From Paraspadella gotoi (Eukaryota; Animalia; Chaetognatha), in contig JBJCIZ010000104.1 in assembly GCA_051294375.1 (NCBI GenBank), forward strand, positions 1 through 26,069: a stretch of 26,069 nt of DNA, read 5' to 3'. The translations under genes were made by a program, and so were the position numbers. The notes beneath the pieces were generated by a model, which did not search any database, was not told the origin of the DNA, and saw nothing but the letters and a program-made list of their open reading frames with translations. Position 1 is the first letter of the stretch. Every line of letters starts with the position of its first letter. Shown in pieces: positions 11,801 through 20,922 of the stretch.

Positions 11801-13509
11801 ACACGACTACACTAAGGATCCTCATAGGGTGGACAGCCAGAAATTTTTCCCAGCATCGCTACCCAGCCCTAAACGCACTTACACTAAGGATCCTCAATAG
11901 GGTGGACAGCAGAAAATTTTTCCCAGCCTCGCATACCCAGCCCTAAGACTACACTAAGGATCCTCAATAGGTGGACAGCAGAAAATTTTTCCCAGCCTCG
12001 CTACCCAGCCCTAACGACTACACTAAGGATCCTCATAGGGTGTACAAGCAGAAAATTTTTCTCCAGCCTCGCTACCAGCCCTAACGACTACACTAAGGAT
12101 CCTCAATAGGGTTGGACAGCAGAAAATTTTCCCAGCCTCGCTAACCCAGGCCCTAACGACTACACTAGGATCCTCAATAGGGTGGACAGCAGAAAAATTT
12201 TCCCAAAAGCCTCGCTACCAGCCCTACGACATCACTAAGGCATCTCAATAGGTGTGACAGCAGAAATATTTTCCCAGCCTCGCGCTACCCAGCCTCTAAC
12301 GACTACACTAAGATCCTCAATTAGGGTGGACAGCAGAAAATCTTTTCCCAGCCTCGCTACCCAGCCCTAACGACTACACTAAGGATCCTCCATAGGGTGG
12401 ACAGCAGAAAATTTTTCCCAGCCTCGCTACCAGCCCTACGACTACACTAAGGATCCTCAATAGGGTGGACAGCAGAAAATTTTTCCCAGCCTCGCTACCC
12501 AGCCTAACGACTACACTAAGGATCCTCATAGGGTGGACAGCAGAAAATTTTTCCCAGCCTCGTACCCAGCCCAACGACTAGCACTAGGATCCTTCAATAG
12601 GGTGGACAGCAGGGAAAATTTTTCCCAGCCTCGCTACCAGCCCTAACGATACACATCAGGATCCTCAATAGGGTGGACAGCATGAAATTTTTCCCAGACC
12701 TCGCTACCCAGCCTAACGACTACACTAAGGATCCTCAATAGGGTGGACAGCAGAGAAATTTTTCCCAGCCTCGCTACCCAGCCCTTAACCGACTACACTA
12801 AGGATTCCTCAATGAGGTGGACAGCAGAAAATTTTTCCCAGCCTCGCTAACCCAGCCCTAACGACTACACTAAGGATCTCAATAGGGTGGACAGCAGAAA
12901 ATTTTTCCCAGCCTCGCTTACCACAGCCCTAACGATCCGTACACCTAAGGATCCTCAAGATAGCGGTGCGACAGCAGAAAATTTTTCCAGCCCGCTACCC
13001 AGCCTACGGACTACAACTAAGGATCCTCAATAGGGTGTGACAGGCAGAAAATTTTCTTCCCCAGCACCATCGCTATAGACACCCAGCCCTAACGACTTAC
13101 ACTAAGGATCCTCAATAGGGTGGACGCAGAAAATTTTTCCCAAGCCTCGCTACCCAGCCCTAACGACTCACTAAGATCTCAATAGGGTGACAGCAGAAAA
13201 TTTTCCCGCCTCGCTACCCAGCACAACGACTACACTAAGGATCCTCAATTAGGGTGGACAGCAGAAAATTTTTTCCCAGCCTCGCTACCGCAGCCCTAAC
13301 GACTACATAAGGATCCTCAATAGGGTGGACAGCAGAAAATTTTTCCCAGCCTCGCTACCGCCCTAACGACTACACTAAGTCCTCATAGGGTGGAAGCAGA
13401 AAATTTTCCAGCCTCGCTCCCAGCCCTAACGACTACACTAAGGATCCTCGAATAGGGTGGACAGCAGAAAATTTTTCCCAGCCTCGCTACCCAGCCCTAA
13501 CGACTACAC
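8812..13509. repeat. Tandem satellite array, 70-bp unit (CACTAAGGATCCTCAATAGGGTGGACAGCAGAAAATTTTTCCCAGCCTCGCTACCCAGCCCTAACGACTA), roughly 67 copies, one BamHI site per unit
   Basis: Directly visible; period 70 (e.g. TAAGG at 10971 and 11041); no unique spacers; differences between copies are mostly 1-2 nt indels. Confidence 0.98.
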
Positions 13510-13923
13510 CAGAACGCGCTATGGTGATTCATTAAGCCACCAGCCCACCCACCTCCGAAATTTTGATTCATTTTTATAAGCCAACATAAATAGTTTGGTT
13601 TTCATTGTATTGATGATCAAACAATAGCTAAGTATCGTTTTTTTATACCTAAAATATTTTTATTGATTTATATTTTTGTTTAAAATATGAAGTATATTAT
13701 AATATAAAAAAGAAGAATTAATTTAAAAATAAAAATATTTAAGTTAAACGACTCATGATTTTTTTAATAGTTACTGCAATATGTAAATCATATTTAGTTA
13801 AAACCATTAGAAGATTGGAGTTAGTAGGGAACTAATGTAATGAATGATTTAGAGAAAAAGTTTTATTTTTTTTTTATACATTAACGGACATATAACGATT
13901 GATAAATCACCACAAGCGTCCTG
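13510..13923. mobile_element. Degenerate MITE-like element with ~25-bp terminal inverted repeats starting CAG
   Basis: CAGAACGCGCTATGGTGATTCATTAA (13510-13535) vs reverse complement of 13899-13923 CAGGACGCTTGTGGTGATTTATCAA; AT-rich non-coding interior; no target-site duplication seen. Confidence 0.6.
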
Positions 13924-14623
13924 AGTCTATGTAGATATACATGTTAAAAGTCCAGGAATTAGTTTTATTAAGCGATAATTTTTTTTAAGATGTTTGCTAA
14001 ATAAATCAAATTCGTTTTTTATAAATAAAACTCGATTGGAAGAACTTTCCCGGAAGATTTTTTTTGTCTAGATATCGACCTAAGTAATCAGCGTTTTGTT
14101 TGATGTTACTAACAACAAAAAGATAAATCATAAACTAAGTTTGGAATTTAAAACTTGAGAGCAGATTTGATTGATTTGATTTTTTTTTTAAGTCAAAAAT
14201 AAATCTCACTACTTTGTTCTATCTGTCTCTCTCTCCAGACAGACTGAGCTCTCCGGCGTCGCAGGGTAGGAATGGCTTGTCATGAGGAAGGCTCAATTGT
14301 ATCTGACAAGACTTTCAAACGTCAGATATAACTGAACATCAAGAGCGAATAGGCCAAAGGCAAAACAAATAATGAAAAGGTCGAATCATAAAAATGTAAA
14401 TCAGACAAAAATCCAGCATAAATCGAGAAAAAATCTAATGAAAATCAAAGAAAAAATCTCAGAAGAAAATGAAGGCGACAAACGGCGCGCGTTGAAAAGT
14501 TGTAAGAAAATAGAAAAAATAAAAAAAAAGAGAGAGAGGACGAACGATTTGAATGGTCAACCTTGGCCCGGCCGATCGGTCAGTACGTCGACATCAGTTG
14601 TCGTCTCTGTCGTTGTTTCCGTT

Positions 14624-14625
<2 letters not shown>

Positions 14626-14658
<33 letters not shown>
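14626..14658. repeat. (CT)n microsatellite
   Basis: Directly visible. Confidence 0.9.
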
Positions 14659-14662
<4 letters not shown>

Positions 14663-15448
14663 TGGAAAGATTTCACGAAACATGTTTAGGATAAAAACTC
14701 TACCCGATTTTTGTTTGTATCTTTTAATACTTTTCAACCTGGAAATATCATTTTATAAATTGATGTAACTTTTAGGGGCACAATGTAGCCCAAAGCCCGT
14801 TTCCTTAATTCAATTCAATTCTCTCTCTGTCTATACTTCTTTTTTTCCCTCTTTTTCTCTCCCTTCCTCTAAATCAATCTTCGCTTTTTATTCTCTTCCA
14901 ATAAAAAAACATTTAAAAAATACAAAAATAAAATAATCTTTCTGACAACCAAACGGAAGCAAAATATTTAATAATTATAACGTTTCTATTAAGAGAGTAA
15001 AAATATTTCATTTTTATCAATGATCTTTTAGTGGCTTTCCAGCCTGCATTAAATTTTTTAAAAAATTTAAAGTCAAAAGACTCCTACCTTTTGTTTACCA
15101 TTTTTGAGCCGTAACACTAGAGGTTCAATTCACCACAAACATGTCTGCCTCTATAGGATTTGGGAATTTCTAAGAATTCCCGTTCTTTGAACGTTTATAC
15201 TCCGTGTCCGTTCGCGAATGACACCCCAAAAAAATTAATATACTTTAAATATCAAATATATTTTGATAACGACTGGACGTATTTTGTTTGCAAGTTTCTT
15301 TGTTTAATTTATTTACTAATTTTAATCTACTATTTTATTGATTTTTATCGAACAAAATAAAATTGGAGTAAAAAGACCATTTTAAGCGTGTTCTTGATTG
15401 AATTAAAGAAATCGCTATGGTGGACTAAAATCCACCAACCGTTCATCA

Positions 15449-15520
15449 GCGGCCATTGGTGCCGGAGGCAAGTCATTCGCCTCCCAACCCAAAGGTCAGG
15501 GGTTTTAGCCCGGTGGCCGC
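15449..15520 (+). pseudogene. Degenerate tRNA-like sequence (tRNA pseudogene or head of a tRNA-derived SINE)
   Basis: 72 nt; 7-bp acceptor-like stem GCGGCCA/TGGCCGC; A-box-like TGGTGCCGGAGG; B-box/T-arm-like GGGGTTTTAGCCC; CGCCTCCCAA resembles a tRNA-Gly anticodon region, but the anticodon stem does not pair well. Confidence 0.55.
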
Positions 15521-15880
15521 CTAGCAGTTAAGAGGGACGGGGCGCTTAACCCGCCTGTAACACGGTGTTACAGCCTGATCCGAAGCTCAGGGACTGCTTA
15601 TATTGAACGGTTCTGTCACTTTCACATAACAATAATTACTGTCTCTTCATCGCCAACGATATTTTCATAAATTAAATTTATAAAAAATTGCAAGATTATT
15701 TGTTTTACTAAATTAGACTTGGAAATTTTAGATTAAAATTTTAAAATAGATGTAAGAATTTAATAAATTTCGCTATATATTAAATTTAATTATATTATAA
15801 GTTTTCATTGATAAATTTGTAAAATTAGGGGAAAATTGTGTCATGATCATGTTCTTAACTGTTAATAATCATTTTGGCAT

Positions 15881-16618
15881 TCCTGGAGTTGAATACGTTC
15901 TGGAGGCTTATGGAAAAATGAAGAGCAAGGTTTATTTTAATAAATTAACAGAAACGAGGAACAGAAAGAGAACGTAATATTTCTCAGAAAGAAAATTAAA
16001 GGAATTCACATATCATAATTTGTTTTAATATTTATTATTATTGTTATTATATTAATATTTAAATAATGATTACGTTATAGTTAAAAGTAAATTAAGGTTA
16101 AAGTAAATCAAAGTTAATAATAAAGTAAGATTAAATTTAATTAAAGATAAAAAGTAAGTTAAAGTTAAAAATAGGATAAGGGCAAGTTAAGGATAGGAAT
16201 AAGAAAGGGTTAAAAATAAGCTATGGTTAGGGTTCGGGATAAGTTAGGGTTAGGGGTAAATTAGGGTTAAAGATAAGCTTAAAACTAAGTCTCAGCTTAA
16301 GTATATGGTAATAAAGAATAAAAAAATAAAAAAAATATTTATAATAAAATATATTTAATAAAGGCTCATTGATTTTGTTGTTTCGTTGTTACCATCAAAA
16401 CTTTCGTCTCTCTTAAATTCTCATAAATAATAAAAAGAAAGGCTTTATATAATGTTTAATAAAATATAATATTTTGAAAAAAAATTTTAATAATAAAAAA
16501 TGAAAAAATATCTTATCCGATAAATTCAGCGTATTTAAGATCATTATTGTCACTGTCCTAATTTTTTTTCTTTTATTTTTTATCTTCTTCATTTTCCCAT
16601 AAGCCTCTAACTCCCGGA
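15881..16618. mobile_element. Non-autonomous inverted-repeat element with an internal degenerate hexamer (GTTAAA/GTTAGG) tract
   Basis: GAGGCTTATGGAAAAATGAAGA (15903-15924) matches the reverse complement of 16586-16607 at 21/22; TCCTGGAGTT (15881) pairs with AACTCCCGGA (16609-16618); hexamer tract ~16080-16280. Confidence 0.65.
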
Positions 16619-17357
16619 TCTCCATAATTTTTTTGTCACAATAATTATCAGTATTAGATCGTTCAAAAAAAGAGTATTGACTTAAATAAATATTAAATTA
16701 ATTTTAATTATAATAAAATAATTTATTTTGACAACGATGGTTTTATTTACAGAAAGAACAGATATGTTATTAGGTATGGACTCTTTTTTGGAGTCTTAGT
16801 GCAAATTTGATCGAAAACAGTGGAAACGTCGGTTTGTTCTGTAAATAAACACATCGTTTATGAAACAAACGAATTACTTGAATTATTAAACGTCAACTAC
16901 TCTGCTATAACATAAAATAAAATTTCAAAAGTATTCATCTAATAAGAAATGGTAAGGATTTTTTTGAAGTCACTCGCGAATGGACACGAGGTATTTTGAT
17001 TGTTTATCACTTTTTGGACGACTAAACTACCTCATTTATGTTTGTGTCTTTTTCTTACTGTGAAGTCCAGACGACAATCTCTCGTGCTCTTTTATATCGG
17101 AGATATTTACGTCCGTCTCCGTCTCTTTTGCGATCATTCGAAATTCTGCATTAAAACGGGACTCTTCCAAAATAATAAACCTACGTTGACGCTTTGTGAA
17201 CGCTCGTGGACATTTGTAGACGCTTAAATAAACAGTACGGCGCCCGCTGATCCCGGAGTCTTCAGCAAGATTCTGTCCACATTGTAGCGCTCATTACGCC
17301 TCCCTGTACCTGTTGACATTTTAGACGGACGGACCGGCGGGTCATAACACAAAGAAC

Positions 17358-18194
17358 ATGTCGAGCAAAGCCAAAAAAAGAAGATTGGTGACAATTGATG
17401 AAGCATTATCCAAAAAGAAAGAATGTGGTAGTTCTTTGGTCGTTGCTCTTTGGGCCATAGAAGAATACCAGGCCGAACTCAAGCTAATAGGCATCGATGA
17501 AGATTCGTCGGTTGTGAAGCGCGCCAAAACACGTGTTGCAAATTTTTTTCGTAAACAGCAGAAATCAAAATCTAAGTTAGCGACGAAAATTTCTGAAGGG
17601 CCGCTGTTGACCAAAAGTATGCAGACTCTTCTAACACCATCTGAACTCGTCCCCAAACCGAAAGAGAAGAGGAAACCAGGCAGACCTCGCGCGGAAACTC
17701 TAGATGACATCTCATCGCGCTATCAAACGGAAAAATTAAAGCCTATTGTTGCAAGTCTTCGTAAAATAGCTCGTCAACTCGGGAAGACGGTGACACAGTT
17801 ATGCGGCCGGATAATCCAGATGGAAAACTACGTACATGACCGTCATCTCGGGGAATTTGGAAAACGTATATATGACGAATCGTTCGAAGCTACTAAAGAA
17901 AAACGTCTCATGACAGTGGAAGAGGGTATGTTCATGAAATATCATGAACTGGAACTTTCCGTACGACAATGGACCGATCTACGTCTCCGCTGTTTAAAGT
18001 ATGGATTAAGTCTTCCTACCGCCAAGAATATTTTAAATTTTGAGAAGGATTTGTTGTATTCTCACATTGAGTTTGAAGGTGGTGTTCGGTCAACGCTTCC
18101 AGAAATTTTTCAAAAAACACTTCAACGAACATGCCTCCTTCCCGAAGTGCTTGAAAGCTTCAAAACTCTGGAAGAAAGCTCCTTTCCATTGAAG
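17358..18194 (+). CDS. RAG1-like gene, coding exon 1 (N-terminus, NBD-like GRPR motif, DDBD, pre-RNH region)
   Basis: ORF 17358-18317 up to donor AAG|GTACAT at 18194/18195. GRPRAETLDDISSRYQTEKLKP resembles the RAG1 nonamer-binding segment [20 protein letters not shown]. Confidence 0.88.
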
Positions 18195-20522
18195 GTACAT
18201 AAATATGTTGGTAAAATTTTACTTTCGCCGACCGGGGTTTTGGCGTCTTTTGAAAAACTATTTAAAAATATTTATTTAAAAAAAAAAATAAAACCTAATA
18301 ACCCTAAACCCTTTTAACCCTAACCACCCCTAACCCTAAACGACCCCAAAACCACCTAAAACCCCCCTTAAACCCGGTTGGCCAAAGTAAAATTAACCCT
18401 TCAAGGGGCATGATATCAATAACTACATTTTTGTAATATTTAAATTATTATTTAAATTTATATCAGGCTCGCTGGCTCACTGGTTTTGATGGCTCCGGAG
18501 ATCAGCATTCTTTGATGCAAGCCCCCAAGAATAAAGTCTCTCAAGAGCAACGAGAAACAATTGTTTCTTGCCTGAGGGATATTTCAACAGCGGATGAAAT
18601 AAAAATTTACACAAATTCCCACATTGCTTCTCCTTCCGGCATTCGACCATACATGATAATTCCACAAAAGGAAAATCGAGAACTCTTGGAAAAGTTTTTA
18701 CCAATAATGGATCGAGAGAAAAAAGTTGTTGAAGAAGATGGTACTAAAGTGACATTGCCAAATGATACTAAAATTCACTTCGACCATAAAGTAGAACTGA
18801 GATTGGCTGACGGGAAAGCGATGAAAGAGGCAGCTGGAACTGGTGGGGCATTTTGTATGTACTGCGTTTGCACAACGAAAGACGCTCAGACACTAGAAAA
18901 GATTGACGCCGGTTTTCCAATAAACCGTACAATAGAACAAATACATTCCATTTTTCAATTGCTGAAAGATACAGAATCAGGAGAAATACCAAGACGACGT
19001 GACGATTATGAAGAACGCAAAGGGGTCACCCAACGACCTCTCACTGACCAAAGCATTAACTTATCTCCTCGTCCTCTACACCTTCGCCTTTGCACATACA
19101 AGTTTTTTCAGAACTTTTTATTTAGACTAAAAGCGAATGTTAAGCTTTGGCAAGGCAAACATCTAACCGACAAACAAAAAGAGAAACTGGAAAAAGCTCG
19201 TCACGATTGCATCCGGGAAATCGCAGCCAAGACAGGGATTGTGATCGACACTCCAACTGCTCGAGGTTAAACAAAAGAGAATATTTTTCTTATTTTGGTT
19301 TTATTTTCGTTCTTGACATTAAAATTTAGTGGTTAAAGAACAAAAATTATTTATAATTAAAAAAATTTTGTTTTTTATAAATATTTTTTAAAATAATAAA
19401 GATCGAAAATAAATCTAATAATAGCGAATGGCTAGCTTGTTATTTTTCATTGATATAATTCATTCAATCATTCATTTCAATTCATTCATTCACTTTATTC
19501 ATTTAACTTTTTTTAGGCGGAACCTCAGATACTGGAAACGCCGCATGGAGATTTTTTTCCTCTGAATTTGTTCCCATTTTGGAATTGCTTTTACCTCCGG
19601 AAACTAAAGAAAAAGTCCTTTTATTGCATTACCAGTTATCTATCATTCTTCGAGTCATATCTTCAAAACGACGGGTTGATACTGAGCGGCTTAGACAGAC
19701 TTGTATGACCACGTATCATTCTCTCGTTCAATCTTTTCCTTGGATTAGCATCAGCGAGAGTCTACACGCAGTGCTTGGCCATTCATACCAGCTCATAAGT
19801 CTTAATGATGAATACGGTCTTGGCCAAATGACAGAACAAGGGTCGGAGGGACTAAACAAATTCGTTCGACGCTTCAGTGAACGTAATGCTCGACAGACAA
19901 AACTCGAGGACAACATAACAGATGTCTTCAAACGACTCCAGCTTCGCTCCGACCCAGTCATCCTTACATTTAAAAGAAATCCTTACTGCAGTATTTGTAA
20001 ACTTCATGGGGATCATTTTACCATTGCCTGCCATTCAAAGAAGGTCCAAGTGTCCGTCGCTAAAACCGCTATGCAATCTTTGGATGATGAGGTCGAATCT
20101 TTTTTTCCAGGTAAGATAAACTATTTTTTGATTCATTGAAATTTTATGTATTCTCTGGTTTAGCGATTATAAGATATACATATAATTTGATAATGGTTCG
20201 TGGTTCCGATTGCCCTCGGCGTCCATAAACTGAATGACAACTGTGGTTTGACCTATGTAATCACAATTTGTATGTTAACATCATTTAGTTTTTTCATAAG
20301 AAGATAAAATATTACGTTTATTGAAAATTTTGCCTTTCCTGTTACAATTGCTCTATTAAGATTATAATCTGAGCAGATTGTCGCTTTTCACATATAACTA
20401 ATAACTGTAATAGATAATTTAAGTAAATGTTAAATTTTTTTTTCAAGCAGTATTTTTAAATGTCATTCATAAATTATTTCTTAGGTGACGATGATGCCTC
20501 TACAACATCGACATCTTCTTAA
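17358..20522 (+). CDS. RAG1L: RAG1-like (Transib/RAG1L superfamily) DDE transposase/recombinase, spliced, ~755 aa; exons 17358-18194, 18467-19265, 19517-20110, 20485-20522 (alternative unspliced end at stop 20139, ~752 aa)
   Basis: Three same-strand ORFs join in frame at canonical GT-AG sites (AAG|gtacat...tatcag|GCT, phase 0; CGAG|gttaaa...ttttag|GC, phase 1; CCAG|gtaaga...ttag|GT, phase 1). The joined protein carries RAG1/Transib motifs in order: KPGRPR (NBD-like), LSVRQWTDLR...LPTAKNILNFEK (DDBD-like), TGFDGSG (first catalytic D), SPSGIRP, LADGKAM (second D), FCMYC (Zn), RKGVTQRP, PLH, GGTSDTGNAAWRFF, LHAVLGH (Zn), TEQGSEGLNKFVRRFSERNARQ (catalytic E), DVFKRLQLRSDP. No internal stops or frameshifts. 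Confidence 0.93.
18210..18398. mobile_element. Small MITE-like foldback element with (TAACCC)-like core inside intron 1 of the RAG1-like gene
   Basis: GGTAAAATTTTACTTTCGCCGACCGGGGTTT (18210-18240) vs reverse complement of 18370-18398 GGTTAATTTTACTTTGGCCAACCGGGTTT; degenerate AACCCT repeats 18290-18372. Confidence 0.7.
18467..19265 (+). CDS. RAG1-like gene, coding exon 2 (RNase H fold with two catalytic Asp, ZnC2)
   Basis: Acceptor tatcag at 18461-18466; the exon reads ARWLTGFDGSG... (D codon 18488), LADGK (D codon 18809), CMYC, PLH; donor GTTAAA at 19266. Confidence 0.92.
19517..20110 (+). CDS. RAG1-like gene, coding exon 3 (ZnH2, catalytic Glu, CTD, Cys/His tail)
   Basis: Acceptor ttttttttag ending 19516 restores GGTSDTGNAAWRFF across the junction; HAVLGH; SEGLNK (E codon 19846); CSICKLHGDHFTIAC at 19987-20031; donor CAG|GTAAGA at 20110/20111. 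Confidence 0.9.
20485..20522 (+). CDS. Probable short terminal coding exon of the RAG1-like gene (GDDDASTTSTSS*)
   Basis: Strong donor at 20111 and acceptor ttcttag ending 20484 are phase-compatible; composition shifts from AT-rich to balanced at this point. Not provable without RNA. Confidence 0.5.
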
Positions 20523-20602
20523 GGTTCGCGCTGATGAGCGGGATTTTCCAACAGTGCTTCTAAACTTCTTTGTCACTGGAAAACATCTATTCTGCCTACA
20601 TG

Positions 20603-20922
20603 GCCATCCACAACGTCTTTTGCGTCGCCATCCACAACGTCTTTTGCGGCGCCATCCACAACGTCTTTTGCGGCGCCATTCACAACGTCTTTTTTCGGCG
20701 GCATCCACGTCTTTTGCGGCGCCATCTACAACGTCTTTTGCGTCGCCATCCACAACGTCTTTTATCGGCGCCATCCACAACGTCTTTTATCGGCGCCATC
20801 CACAACGTCTTTTGCGGCGCCATCCATGTCTTTTGCGACGCCATCCTCGTCTTCAACGGCGCCTTCCGCAACCTCTTTTGCGTCGCCATCCACAACATCT
20901 TCAATGGCCCCTTCCGCAACTG
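20603..20922. repeat. 24-bp minisatellite (GCCATCCACAACGTCTTTTGCGGC), ~13 degenerate copies
   Basis: Directly visible; explains the repetitive ORFs (RHPQRLLR, FAAPSTTS, AIHNVFCG) in all frames. Confidence 0.93.

Noticed and set aside
8812-13509. CRISPR array or coding repeat
   Set aside because: Units are contiguous with no unique spacers, no cas genes are present, and the context is eukaryotic; 70 bp is not a multiple of 3, so the ORFs inside are incidental.
14779-14806. CACAATG as a Transib left TIR
   Set aside because: Good heptamer, but I found no inverted partner (CATTGTG with matching flank) downstream in the window.
15449-15520. Functional tRNA gene
   Set aside because: T-loop lacks TTC, the anticodon stem is unpaired, and no poly-T terminator follows.
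16220-16270. True telomere or chromosome-fusion scar
   Set aside because: Only a few exact TTAGGG units, embedded in an inverted-repeat element.
17342-17710. Minus-strand ORF overlapping RAG1L (also 18768-18992, 19728-19961, 19852-20034)
   Set aside because: Antisense shadows of the real + strand coding exons.
18195-18317. C-terminal 40 aa of the 319-aa ORF
   Set aside because: Intron read-through into the foldback element; splicing at 18194 restores the conserved GFDGSG motif.
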